Notes under the pieces: generated by a model
Databases searched by the model: none
Told to the model about the DNA's origin: nothing
Seen by the model: only the letters and a program-made list of their open reading frames with translations
Assembly: GCA_964566945.1 (NCBI GenBank)
Contig: CAZMKE010000019.1
Location: 19,034-83,033, forward strand
Direction of reading: 5' to 3'
Length of the DNA: 64,000 bases
From: an uncultured Verrucomicrobiota bacterium
GTDB lineage: Bacteria; Verrucomicrobiota; Verrucomicrobiia; Limisphaerales; SXQI01
Made by a program: the position numbers and the translations under genes
Shown: in pieces, positions 36,225-45,722 of the stretch
How the letters are laid out: each line of letters starts with the position of its first letter
Numbering within the stretch: the first letter of the stretch is position 1

Positions 36225-36386
36225 GAGCCCGTTGAACTATTGCCACCGGCCGCCTTGAAGCCCTTTTCGGATCCGGCAGCGTCACTCCTCAATCACGTAT
36301 TCATGGGAATATGCTCCATCGTCGTTCCTCGCCAGACTCCAAAAATTGCGTTCAACTCGTCATGCGCCAATAATCCAACAGGCTCC
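36224..36386. repeat. MITE-like inverted-repeat element, copy B (163 bp, with a ~73-nt internal insertion relative to copy A)
   Basis: The termini are GGAGCCCGTTGA ... CCAACAGGCTCC. It starts on the last base of the TAG stop of 33717..36224 and fills the gap between two convergent genes. Confidence 0.7.
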
Positions 36387-36401
36387 TCGGCCCGGCAGTG
36401 T

Positions 36402-39400
36402 TCAAAAGTTCAAGCGCAGGGACGAAACGAAGGTCCGCGCGCGCGGCAGGTCCGGATGAAGATTCAGCGGATTCAAACGGTAATCCGCATTCCCGATGTT
36501 TAATACTCCCACTCGAAGTTCGGCGCGCCGCCGGGGAAAGCGGAAGCCGGCGATGAAGTCGTGCTGCCAAAAATCCTCGGTCGCGAGCCCGGGGCTGTAG
36601 CCAAAACTATCCTGATGGCGCCAGGACGATTCCCAGCTGGCGAAGACGCCGCTGGCATGAGTGAAGTTCAAGGCCAGGGAGAGATGATGCATCAACGCGG
36701 TGTTGTCCTGCTGCAGTTCGTCTAGCCCTCGCGTCGCCGGGGGGATCTCCGGAAAACGGCTCTCCAATCGGGCTTCGCTTACGCGATAACGCGCTCCGAT
36801 CGAAAAGTGATCACCCAGCAACTGGGCGGCGTAGGCGGAGAGGTTGCCCTCCCGGAAATCGAGATCCTGGCGCGTCGTCGAGGGAGAATCGGCGACGGGA
36901 AGGAAAAGGGAGTTCGTGAGGATGCCAACCGAGCGGCTTCCCCCGGACGCCAGCCATTCCGCCTCCACTCCGAAACTTGTGCCGGAGCGGAGAGATTGGT
37001 CGAAACCGACGCTGGCCGTCTCGAAAGAGGCGCCCGGGAGCAACCCGGCGACGCTTTCCGGAATCAAGCTGCGAAAAGCCTGAATAAATCCGCCCACCTG
37101 CGCCGGTTCCAAGCGCACGCTGTCATCGAAAAACAGCCCGCCCAGAGAGCGGGTGTAGCTGGCGCGAAACAGTCCGTGGTCCCAAGGGGTGAACAGCAGC
37201 CCAGCTTTCGGCGAGAGCTTGTCCCGGGCCGTTTCGTGGACTGAGAGCGGAGGAAAATCGGTGTTCTCAGGAAATTCCAAATGGTCGTAGGCGCCGCCGG
37301 CTGTGAGGCTGAGCGCATCCACCGGACGGAACGAGTAGTAGGCGTAGGCCGTGGCGCGGAAGAAATCCCCCGATCCACCGGTGGCGCCGGGCACTCCGGT
37401 GAAATCGCGCGCGAGCGAGGAACTGGCGCTGACATCGCCGGCCTGCCAACGGCCGCCCGCCACCACCAGGTGGCGGCCCGTCTCCACGATCTGTTGGAGT
37501 TCCGCAGAATTCAGCGTGAACCGGCTGGAAAAATCATTGGTAAAGGCCGGCCCCGCAGGCGGGGATTGAATCGACCGCGGCACCCCTCCGGATTGCATCA
37601 GAAAAATCTGATCGCTCTCGGGATCAAAAAGAGAAAAGCGGTCGGCCAACCGTGAAGCGAGGAAAAGGGTGTGCACGCCGGGCGCCCAGGCATGATGCCA
37701 GCCCGCGTAGACATCCGGCTCCTGTTTCTCCTGGGCTTGCAGGCCGGGCGTGGCCTGCGCCGGATTATACAAGCTCGAGATATCCCCCGCCCAGTTTCGA
37801 AAGGTGCCGAGTTGAAGATAAGCCTCGTCATCCGGGGTGATCCGCTGCTTGGCCGTGAGAATAAAATCGCGCCGAGCCGACTCGTTATTCAGCCGCTGCC
37901 CGTTGAAGCTCTCGTAAACGGCGTCGAGCGCATAACTAAACCCGTCAACCGTGCCAAACAAAGCGGCCGTTTCCGACCAATCTCCGCGGCTGCGGAACGT
38001 GGTCAACGAACTCGCGCCAGCCGGCTGTTGATCAAAAAAGCGCAGGCGCTCCGACTGGGAGAGGACCTGGGAGAGGTTGCCCGCGCCCGGCGGGGCGAGC
38101 AGATTCGCCATGAGCAACTCACTCTGGCGCGCGGCTTCCAGGCGCAAATCGAAGGGCGACGCCTGCTGCTCAGCCTGCAAGCTGTTTGCCAGAAAGAGGT
38201 GCCCGGAAAAATTCGCATAACTCTCACTCACGGAGCGTTCGGCGAGATGGCGGCTCAGCTCGGCGAGCCCGGCCTCCTCGTAGATCACCGCCAGATTGGC
38301 GCTGCGGACGGAGCGGTCCGAATCGAGCAATTCCCGGGAGCGAAACGGAGCGCGATTATCATTCCGGTCAATCGACGCTTCCAAATCCCGGATCGCCTCG
38401 TTCAAGCGGTTTTCCTGCCAAAGGTGGAGCGCCGAATAGAGCCAGGGGGTGGGGTCGCCGGGGTCCAACTGCCTGGCGAGGCGGAATTCCTTTTCCGCTC
38501 CGGGAGCGTTGCCGAGCGCGCTCTCCGCCTTGCCGAGATAACTCCGAAAGACGCTCCGCTGCGGCTCGAGCGCGGCAGCGGCCTGGAGCGCGGCGCGCGC
38601 GCCCGGGAAATCGCGTTCGCGGAGGAGCGCCAAGCCCTGGCCGAGCCAGGCCAAGCCGAGGGCCGCATCCAGCTCCCGCGCCTCGCTGAAGCGGCCGAGA
38701 GCCCCCCGGGAGTCGCCTTGCTCAAGGAGCACGAAGCCTTCCAGCGCGCGGGCACTCGCGAGCCGCGGCGAGAGCTTGACGGCCTGCTCCAATTCAGCGA
38801 GAGCGGCCCGCCGGTTCCCAAAGGCGAATTCCAGTTCCGCCAGGCGCGCATGCGCAAAACCGAACTGCGGCGCCAGCCTGACCGCGTTCCGCACCGCAGC
38901 CCGCGCCTCCTTCAAAGCAGCCCGCGCCTGCAGCGCATAGCTTTGTGACATGAGCTCGCTGACGGACAGGCCGCCCAAATCTCTCACCCCCGGAAGTTCG
39001 CCCCGAACAACCGCGATGAGTTCACGCAGCGCGGTCGCTTCTGGCAGATCCAGGCCAGCCAGCAGCTCTCCCGCCGCATCCACCCGTCCGACCGCGAGTT
39101 GAAGCTGAGCGTGCAAAACCCGTTGCGCGGGGCTGCCGGCCTCCGAGTCAGACGGCCAGGCGGCCAGCGCTTTCAGCAGATCCCCGGCGTGGTAGTTCTC
39201 GAGAACCCCTTGAACTCGGACTTTCTCAGGCGGAGCGAGCCGGAGATCGGCCTCACGCACGATGCCCGGGTAGTAAAGCGCCCATTGCAGAACCGCAGCT
39301 GCGTTCACCAGCGAGGTTTTGACCGGCGGCTTCCCCGGGGACAGATCGACTTCCTCGCCGCTTCGGAGGGAGATCTCGCCGGTCGCGGGCGCCAGGGAGA

Positions 39401-40055
39401 CCCAACCGTCGATCAACGCGAGATGAACGGCCTGGCTGGTTTGCAGGACGAACTCGGTGCCGCGAATGGCTCCCGAGGCCAGCGGCGTGTCGAATTCAAT
39501 ATCCGCCGGGCGTTCGCGATTGAAGAAGTAAAGCGCGCCTTTCGGCAGCCCAAACCGCTTTTTCTCCCCGTTTCGGGGCGGGAGGATTTCGAGCGTCGTC
39601 AGCTCATCCAGGCGAATGACGCTCCGATCCGAGAGTTGCACCGCCGCCCGGCTTTGCGCCAGCGTGCGGACGCGGTCCCCCGGCTCGAGCGTAGCGCCGA
39701 CGGCCGCAGTCGACCAGCCCGCCGCGCGGGCGGAATAAAGATCCACCTGGCCGGCGCCTTCAATCAGGCGGCTCAGATGGTTCGTTGTGATTAGTCCACT
39801 CGTCTGAGCGCCCACATTCAGCACTACGGCCAGGCACCCAAAGATCAGGAGCCAGGTCCAACGCACGGCCAGATTCTGGGCAGCCGACCGAAGAAAGGGA
39901 ACCCTCTTCTGGCCCGGCCATTCGCTTTTACCCGCGACCGCCTCGCCCGCTCGGGCGCGCGGGGCCGCCCTTGAAATCCAACGGCCGCCGCGGCGGGCGC
40001 CAGGGTTTGCGCTCGCCGCGTTCCTGCTGAACCGAATGGATCCCGCCCGCTGCAT
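36402..40055 (-). CDS. FecR-domain + TPR-repeat + C-terminal outer-membrane beta-barrel-like fusion protein
   Basis: 1217-aa ORF. The ATG at 40055 is 6 nt after the upstream stop. An alternative GTG at 39866 would give a classical signal peptide (RWTWLLIFGCLAVVLNVGAQ). The FecR-like block is GDRVRTLAQSRAAVQLSDRSVIRLDELTTLEI...AIRGTEFVL. The central part has many A/L-rich TPR-like helices. The last ~600 aa show alternating beta-strand patterns and a terminal aromatic residue (TFVSSLRLNF). Confidence 0.8.
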   Translation of the reverse strand: MQRAGSIRFSRNAASANPGARRGGRWISRAAPRARAGEAVAGKSEWPGQKRVPFLRSAAQNLAVRWTWLLIFGCLAVVLNVGAQTSGLITTNHLSRLIEGAGQVDLYSARAAGWSTAAVGATLEPGDRVRTLAQSRAAVQLSDRSVIRLDELTTLEILPPRNGEKKRFGLPKGALYFFNRERPADIEFDTPLASGAIRGTEFVLQTSQAVHLALIDGWVSLAPATGEISLRSGEEVDLSPGKPPVKTSLVNAAAVLQWALYYPGIVREADLRLAPPEKVRVQGVLENYHAGDLLKALAAWPSDSEAGSPAQRVLHAQLQLAVGRVDAAGELLAGLDLPEATALRELIAVVRGELPGVRDLGGLSVSELMSQSYALQARAALKEARAAVRNAVRLAPQFGFAHARLAELEFAFGNRRAALAELEQAVKLSPRLASARALEGFVLLEQGDSRGALGRFSEARELDAALGLAWLGQGLALLRERDFPGARAALQAAAALEPQRSVFRSYLGKAESALGNAPGAEKEFRLARQLDPGDPTPWLYSALHLWQENRLNEAIRDLEASIDRNDNRAPFRSRELLDSDRSVRSANLAVIYEEAGLAELSRHLAERSVSESYANFSGHLFLANSLQAEQQASPFDLRLEAARQSELLMANLLAPPGAGNLSQVLSQSERLRFFDQQPAGASSLTTFRSRGDWSETAALFGTVDGFSYALDAVYESFNGQRLNNESARRDFILTAKQRITPDDEAYLQLGTFRNWAGDISSLYNPAQATPGLQAQEKQEPDVYAGWHHAWAPGVHTLFLASRLADRFSLFDPESDQIFLMQSGGVPRSIQSPPAGPAFTNDFSSRFTLNSAELQQIVETGRHLVVAGGRWQAGDVSASSSLARDFTGVPGATGGSGDFFRATAYAYYSFRPVDALSLTAGGAYDHLEFPENTDFPPLSVHETARDKLSPKAGLLFTPWDHGLFRASYTRSLGGLFFDDSVRLEPAQVGGFIQAFRSLIPESVAGLLPGASFETASVGFDQSLRSGTSFGVEAEWLASGGSRSVGILTNSLFLPVADSPSTTRQDLDFREGNLSAYAAQLLGDHFSIGARYRVSEARLESRFPEIPPATRGLDELQQDNTALMHHLSLALNFTHASGVFASWESSWRHQDSFGYSPGLATEDFWQHDFIAGFRFPRRRAELRVGVLNIGNADYRLNPLNLHPDLPRARTFVSSLRLNF

Positions 40056-40061
40056 GGTTCC

Positions 40062-41426
40062 CTAATTGGCCGCCACCGAAAACGTGCCCCTCTCCGAGCT
40101 TTTCAGGCCATTTTTGTCATACCGCCGGACGACCATCGTTCCCCCGGCGCCCCCAGCGAACGCAAGGTCGTACTCGTCGCGTTTGTCCTGCTTAAACGTG
40201 AGGATCAGGTGGAACACGCCGGCCTGCGCCGGCACATAGCTGTAGGAGAAGGTTGACGGCCCGCTATCCCCGAATTCCGTGCCGGCAGTGCTCGTCTGGA
40301 AGACGAGGCGGCGGGGCAGTTCGCTGAAGTTCACCGTATAAGTAAAGCCGGCCGGATTAACCGGTGGCGCCGCGGGAACCGCATTCGTCCCGGCGCCTGG
40401 ACCCGGCGGGGGCGGCAGAATGCCGTTGGGCGTAAACACGCCGGCGTCCGTCGTGAACAAGGATCCGAGGCGGTAAATCCGTCGCTTAAAGAGCGCGGAC
40501 GGGCCGTCGTTAAACGCAAGGTCGTACTCCTGCCGGTCGCCGCCAATGCCGTAGTAGCCGAAATTGATGGTCAACGAAGCGGTGTTGGAACTGAGGACGC
40601 TGTAAGCATAGGTAAAGCTATTGCCTCCATTGCTCGTTTCGACCTCCCCGAATGACGAACCCGCGATGGCAATGCCCGTATTGTTCGTGTCGAACTGAAA
40701 CTTATCCGGGGACGGGCCGGTGAAGGAGTAATAAACCAGGCCGCCCAGAGAGGCGGGCGGCGCTGGAGGCGTGAGACCCGGCGGCACGCTTGTTCCCGGA
40801 CTGTTCGTCCCATAGTCGAGATAATGGAAGGAGCCAACGGTCCGGTTCTTAAGCACGTTCTGTTCAAAATCTTCCCGCACCCAGCTGCCCGCGCCGGAAC
40901 CGGTGTAGGTGTAGACGAGGACATCGCGACGACCGGGCGCATAACTGCGCTCGGCGCGGCCCTGGTCCGCGGCCAGGCGGGAGTACTGAAACGTGAAAGG
41001 ATCAACGCCTCCCGTGTAGATGTCGTGCCCGTTGGTCGAGCTGAGAAACTGGACCACGTTGCTCGAACTGGAGTCGTCCATCTCGACGCGCACGCCTTCC
41101 AGCGACCAGGGCGCGAAGCCGTTCGTCGGGCCCGGCGTGATCACCAGCCGATAGGCAGCGTAGCCGGGAAAGCTGTCCCGGGTGGAGTAGATCTGCCGGA
41201 CGACCTGGCCATTGCCCAAAACCGGCGAACCGATGTCGACCCAGTTCGTCAGACCGATGGAACCCTGGAGCGAGTAGCTCTGGCCAAGTCCGGCCTGATA
41301 TTCTATTTCCACGGCCGTATAGACGCGCAATAGGTTGCTTTGGTCGGTTTGGGCGTTTTGCGCAAAAACCGGGCTGGCGCTCCAAAGGCCGGCCAGAAGT
41401 GTGAGGATGGCGATGCTCTTATTCAT
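40062..41426 (-). CDS. Secreted hypothetical protein: N-terminal 'W...YRL' module + three related beta-rich repeats
   Basis: Trimmed to the ATG at 41426 (MNKSIAILTLLAGLWSASPVFAQ). The repeats are FTFQYSRLAADQGRAERSY...VLVYTYTG, FTYAYSVLSSNTASLTINF...QEYDLAFNDG and FSYSYVPAQAGVFHLILTFKQDKRDEYDLAFAGG. Pro-rich linkers separate the repeats. Confidence 0.7.
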   Translation of the reverse strand: MNKSIAILTLLAGLWSASPVFAQNAQTDQSNLLRVYTAVEIEYQAGLGQSYSLQGSIGLTNWVDIGSPVLGNGQVVRQIYSTRDSFPGYAAYRLVITPGPTNGFAPWSLEGVRVEMDDSSSSNVVQFLSSTNGHDIYTGGVDPFTFQYSRLAADQGRAERSYAPGRRDVLVYTYTGSGAGSWVREDFEQNVLKNRTVGSFHYLDYGTNSPGTSVPPGLTPPAPPASLGGLVYYSFTGPSPDKFQFDTNNTGIAIAGSSFGEVETSNGGNSFTYAYSVLSSNTASLTINFGYYGIGGDRQEYDLAFNDGPSALFKRRIYRLGSLFTTDAGVFTPNGILPPPPGPGAGTNAVPAAPPVNPAGFTYTVNFSELPRRLVFQTSTAGTEFGDSGPSTFSYSYVPAQAGVFHLILTFKQDKRDEYDLAFAGGAGGTMVVRRYDKNGLKSSERGTFSVAAN

Positions 41427-41482
41427 AACTTTCCTGGGGCCCCGCGGCCTTTGGCTCGGCACGAAGGGCTGCAAGAGCCTTA

Positions 41483-41498
41483 AGCAGCCTGCTTGCCA
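41483..41498 (-). promoter_or_regulatory. Sigma54 (-24/-12) promoter for 40062..41426 and 36402..40055
   Basis: The minus strand reads aTGGCAAgcaggCTGCTt with canonical GG-N10-GC spacing. It sits ~57 nt upstream of the ATG at 41426, in the gap just downstream of the sigma54 activator gene. Confidence 0.55.
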
Positions 41499-41525
41499 TG
41501 CTTTTTCCCTGAACTTTGGAGGCGC

Positions 41526-41565
41526 GGAACCCAGGTTTTGTTCCGCAATCGGAACGCCCTGTTCC
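41526..41565. promoter_or_regulatory. Array of GGAAC/GTTCC half-sites (GGAAC-N9-GTTCC-N6-GGAAC-N5-GTTCC); candidate activator binding sites
   Basis: It contains GTTCC-N6-GGAAC, the same arrangement as the palindrome at 33488..33507. It lies 30-80 bp upstream of the -24 box at 41498. Confidence 0.45.
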
Positions 41566-41573
41566 GAAAACGG

Positions 41574-42980
41574 CTATTCCTTCCCTGGGCGAAGCTCCGG
41601 CCATTTCTCCAGGCGCCGGAGGAGCGCCTGTGGCGAGAGGCCCAAGGCCGCCGCCGTCCGGCGAATCCCACCACGATTTTCGCGCAGCATGTCGCGGATC
41701 AAGCGGTATTCCTGGGCTTCGACCGGCGGCAGATCACGATCCGGCGGCAGAGCCGCCTCAGCGCTCGCCACCACCGGCACGGCGCGGGACGAGGCCGCGG
41801 CCGAAGCCGAGCGATTTAACCAGGAATGATCCAGCGCCAGCCATTTGCTCTCATCGTCGGTGCGCAGGAGCGCCCGCTCGAGCAGGTTTCGTAATTCACG
41901 AACGTTTCCGGGGAAATCGTAGGCGGCCAGCGCGGCCAGGTCTTCCGCCTTCAGGAGCGGAGGGCGGCGCGAATACCGCTTCGCCAGCTGGCCCAGGAGC
42001 ATTTCCGTCAACGCGGGAATGTCGCCCCTTCGTTTCCGCAAGGGCGGAAGCTCCACCGAGAAAACATCCAAACGGTACCATAAATCCTCGCGAAAACGGC
42101 CAGCTTTGACGTCCTCGGCCAGATTTCGATTCGTCGCCGCCACGAATCGTCCGGTAAATGCCTGAACCTCCGTGCTGCCAAGCGGTCGAAATTCCCGGCC
42201 TTCAAGAAGCCGCAAAAGCTTTCCTTGCAAGGCCAACGGAACTTCACCGATTTCGTCCAGGAAGAGCGTGCCGCGCGCCGCGGCCGCGGCCAGGCCCTGC
42301 CGCTTGCGGTCCGCCCCGGTGTAGGCGCCGCGCTCGGCTCCGAACAGTTCGGACTCGAACATCTCCGCGGGAATCGCCGCGCAATTGACCGGAACATAAG
42401 GCGCGGCCGATTCCCCCCAGGTCAGGCGATGCAAGGTTCGCGCCGCCAGATCCTTGCCGGCCCCGCTTTCACCGGTCAGCAGGACGGTGGTCTCCGGATG
42501 CTTCGCGGCCTGGCGCAACTGCCCGAGCAATTCACGCTGCACGCTCGATTCGCCTCCGAACTCCGCCGCGCTGCCCGCCGGGTCGCGCGTGGCTGCCCGG
42601 AGCCGCGCGCGCTGCAGGCACGCTGCGAGGGCGTCCACGCTCACCGGCTTGGTCAGATAGTCGAACAGGCCGTTGCGCGTGAGCGTAATCGCTTCCCCCA
42701 GGTCAGGCAGGCCCGTGATCATGATGATCGGCCCCTCCGGGTTGCGACGGGCGAGCTGATCAAAAAAATCGTAGCCTTTGCCGTCCGGGAGATGGTTGTC
42801 CAGGAGCACCAGGTCAAACGCACGGTTTGCGGTGGCTTCACGAGCTCGAGCCAGGTTCTCGGCAAGCGTCGCCGTCCCGCCCTCCTCGAGCACCAATCGG
42901 GAGGCCATCCGCGCGAACGCTGGGTCGTCCTCAACGATCAGGCAGGAGAACCCTCGTTGCGGCTGATTAGCAGAGATCAT
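41574..42980 (-). CDS. Sigma54-dependent response regulator (REC + AAA+ sigma54-interaction + Fis-type HTH; NtrC family)
   Basis: REC domain CLIVEDDPAFARM...DLVLLDNHLPDGKG. Walker A is GESGAGKDLAARTLH. It also has ESELFG and GAYTGA (the GAFTGA loop variant) and TLFLDEIGE. The C-terminal HTH is GIRRTAAALGLSPQALLRRLEK. Confidence 0.9.
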   Translation of the reverse strand: MISANQPQRGFSCLIVEDDPAFARMASRLVLEEGGTATLAENLARAREATANRAFDLVLLDNHLPDGKGYDFFDQLARRNPEGPIIMITGLPDLGEAITLTRNGLFDYLTKPVSVDALAACLQRARLRAATRDPAGSAAEFGGESSVQRELLGQLRQAAKHPETTVLLTGESGAGKDLAARTLHRLTWGESAAPYVPVNCAAIPAEMFESELFGAERGAYTGADRKRQGLAAAAARGTLFLDEIGEVPLALQGKLLRLLEGREFRPLGSTEVQAFTGRFVAATNRNLAEDVKAGRFREDLWYRLDVFSVELPPLRKRRGDIPALTEMLLGQLAKRYSRRPPLLKAEDLAALAAYDFPGNVRELRNLLERALLRTDDESKWLALDHSWLNRSASAAASSRAVPVVASAEAALPPDRDLPPVEAQEYRLIRDMLRENRGGIRRTAAALGLSPQALLRRLEKWPELRPGKE

Positions 42981-43010
42981 GACAGCACGAAGGATAACGG
43001 CCCAAATTCA

Positions 43011-45722
43011 CTATTCCAAGCTCGCTCCTCCCCGTCCGCACAGTCCGCGCTGCACCACGCTCAAGAGCTCGGCCAGCGTGAACGGCTTTTTCAGAACCAG
43101 CACTCCAGGCTGTTCCTCCGCGAGGCCCCCGCTGGTCAGGATGGGAACGATCCCGTCCGGCAGGTCCTGGGGCATGGACGAATCCGAAATCAACGCGCGG
43201 ATCTGGCGCCCGTGGCGGCGCAGCAGCACCGCCGCCTGTGCGGCCGTCTCCGCGGCCAGGACGTTATATCCCGCCGCGCCCAGCTCGGAACAAACCAGCT
43301 GACGGATGGCCTTCTCGTCATCGAGCACAAGGATCAGTTCACCGTGGCCGCGCCTCGATTCCGGGGCGGCTTCGACCTTTTCCTTCGCTTGAGCCTCCTC
43401 TGCCCGCGGGAGGAGTATTTCAAAGGAGGTTCCCTCGCCTTCGGCGCTCTCCACCCGGAGGAGTCCCTCGTGGCTTTTCACAATCCGCGCCACCGTCGAC
43501 AGGCCGATCCCAGTCCCTTGCCCCTCGCCCTTTGTCGAGAAAAACGGCTCAAAAATCCTGTCGCGGACGGCTGGCGGCATCCCGGCCCCGGTATCGGAAA
43601 CGAGGATCGAGACGAACTCTCCGGGCTTGCCTTCCGGCATTAAAGCGGCTTCGCGTTCGGTCAGGCGCACATTGTCCGCCACAAAGGTGAGCTTGCCCCC
43701 CGACGGCATGGCGTCGCGCGCGTTCACGCTCAAGTTCAGCAAGACCTGGTGCATTTGGGTGGAATTTCCCCATACGCTCCAGAGATCGTCCGGCAGGAAG
43801 GCCTCCACCGCGACATTCTTGGGAAAGGTGTCTCGCACGATCTTTTCCAATTCCCGGATGAGCGACGCCAGGTTCAGGCGCTCGAACTCCCCCCCGCGTC
43901 CGCGGGCAAAGAGCAAGACCTGCCGGACCATCTCCGCGCCGCGATGCGTGCTGGCCTCCATCGTGGAGAGGAGCTCGCGGGAGTCGGGATCGGAGGTCCG
44001 GCGGCGCAGCAATTGCGTCCCCATCAAGATCGGCGCGAGCGCATTGTTCAAGTCATGCGCCATCCCGCCCGCAAGCGTGCCGATGGTGTTCATTCGCTGG
44101 GTCCGGAGAAACTGCTGCTCGAGGTTCTTCTGCTCGGTAATATCGGTGTTGATCAGCAGCAGTTCGCGCGGGCCGCCCCGGTCGTCACGGATCAACGTCC
44201 ACCGGCTCGCGGTCACAACGACCCCGCCGCTCCGCGTCCGCATTCGCAGTTCACCAGTCCACTCTCCGCTGCGCAAGGCTTGCGTGCGCGCCTCCGCGGC
44301 TCGCTCGGCGTCCGCGGACAGGAACTCCCCGCCAAGTCCTTCCAGTTCGGAGAGGGTCCAGCCCAGGAGCCGTTGCGCGCTCGCGTTGGCGTAAATTGTG
44401 CGGCCGGGCAGCGATTGCACCAGGATCGCGTCGTGCGCTTTGTCGATGAGCGCGGCTTGCTCGCGGATGCGCGCTTCGTAGCGCCGGCGCGCGCGGTACC
44501 AACCCGCGGAATGAAACAGAATCGAACCGCCCAATGCTGCCGGAATCTGCCCGGCGCTGGAGGCCAGCCACGGGAACCAGAAACCGCGGGTGAACGCAAA
44601 CCCCGACACCCCCAGGGCCAGCGCCGCGCCGACCACCGCGGCGCCTCCGGCGGGCGCCGGCCTCAACCAAAGAAGACCGCCGCCGAAGAGCAGCGCGATC
44701 CCCGCGAGAATGCCCGTTTCACTGGCGTTGCTCAGTCGCTTCAACCAATCCCCGCGCGCCAGGTTCAACAACTCCGTGGCGTGAACCTCGACCCCCGGCA
44801 TGAAATACTCTTTGTTTCCCCAGGAATGAAAAGGGCTTCGAAACTCATCCCTCCGCTCGTTCATTCTTCCCTCCATCGGCCGGGCGCCGACAAATACGAT
44901 CCGATCGCGAAAATATTCATCCGGCACGCTGCCGGGGTCGAGCGCCTCGCTGAAGCTCACGTGCGGGATGGTCAGGGCCGGACCGTAGTAGCGAATCCAA
45001 TGCCCGTTGGCCGATGCCATGCCGAGGTCCGCGCCCGCCAGGCGCAGCCGCTGCCCTGTCGCCCACGCCAGAGAGGGCTTGCCGCTTTCGGGGAACCCCG
45101 CCAAAAACCGGCGCGCCTCCAGATCGTCATCGATTGCCAGGCTCGCTACCCCCCAGTCCGCCCCCGCTTTCAAAAAAGGCTCGTAAGGTGGGCGGAAACT
45201 GGTGGCGCGCGTCCATTCCAACCCTTCGCCCGTGCGATGCGTCGTTTTCTCGTTCTGCTCCGCCGCCAGGATCACCCGGCCGTTCTCCCGGATCGCCGCC
45301 GCGAACTTTTCATCACCACTCCGTTCCTCCCCGGCGCTGTCAAAGATGATATCGAAAACGACAGCCCGGGCTCCGGCCTTGGCCAGGCGCCGCAGCAGTT
45401 CCGCGTGGAGCTCTCGCGGCCACCGGCGGAGAGGGTCGCGCCCCATCATTTGATATGAGCTGCGGTCCAGGTAAACAATCGTCGCCGCCAGGTCTTTCGG
45501 CGGAGTTCCCCCGGCCAAACCGTGCAAAAGGTCGTAGCTGGCGCCGGCGAAAGGCTCCCGCAACAGAAGACCAATCGCGAAATTCAGCCCGGCCAGCAGG
45601 ATGGCCGCAATGGCACGCGTCCTCCGGTTGCGTGACAATTCGATCTTCTCCACGATTCGCTCAAACAAAGGGGTCCATTCTTTCCAGGGATTACTTGGAG
45701 CCGCCACCCCGCGGAAACTCAA
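43011..45722 (-). CDS. CHASE2-domain hybrid sensor histidine kinase (CHASE2 + TM + PAS + HisKA + HATPase + REC-like)
   Basis: The CHASE2-like N-terminus reads IVYLDRSSYQMMGRDPLRRWPRELHAELLRRLAKAGARAVVFDIIFD...ENGRVILAAE. The H-box is TLAGGMAHDLNNAL. The ATPase motifs are NLSVNARDAM and DTGAGM...GTGIGLSTV. The C-terminal receiver-like region is ELILVLDDEKAIR. The track's TTG start at 45722 overlaps the upstream gene by 32 nt, so the true start may be a few codons downstream. Confidence 0.85.
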   Translation of the reverse strand: MSFRGVAAPSNPWKEWTPLFERIVEKIELSRNRRTRAIAAILLAGLNFAIGLLLREPFAGASYDLLHGLAGGTPPKDLAATIVYLDRSSYQMMGRDPLRRWPRELHAELLRRLAKAGARAVVFDIIFDSAGEERSGDEKFAAAIRENGRVILAAEQNEKTTHRTGEGLEWTRATSFRPPYEPFLKAGADWGVASLAIDDDLEARRFLAGFPESGKPSLAWATGQRLRLAGADLGMASANGHWIRYYGPALTIPHVSFSEALDPGSVPDEYFRDRIVFVGARPMEGRMNERRDEFRSPFHSWGNKEYFMPGVEVHATELLNLARGDWLKRLSNASETGILAGIALLFGGGLLWLRPAPAGGAAVVGAALALGVSGFAFTRGFWFPWLASSAGQIPAALGGSILFHSAGWYRARRRYEARIREQAALIDKAHDAILVQSLPGRTIYANASAQRLLGWTLSELEGLGGEFLSADAERAAEARTQALRSGEWTGELRMRTRSGGVVVTASRWTLIRDDRGGPRELLLINTDITEQKNLEQQFLRTQRMNTIGTLAGGMAHDLNNALAPILMGTQLLRRRTSDPDSRELLSTMEASTHRGAEMVRQVLLFARGRGGEFERLNLASLIRELEKIVRDTFPKNVAVEAFLPDDLWSVWGNSTQMHQVLLNLSVNARDAMPSGGKLTFVADNVRLTEREAALMPEGKPGEFVSILVSDTGAGMPPAVRDRIFEPFFSTKGEGQGTGIGLSTVARIVKSHEGLLRVESAEGEGTSFEILLPRAEEAQAKEKVEAAPESRRGHGELILVLDDEKAIRQLVCSELGAAGYNVLAAETAAQAAVLLRRHGRQIRALISDSSMPQDLPDGIVPILTSGGLAEEQPGVLVLKKPFTLAELLSVVQRGLCGRGGASLE

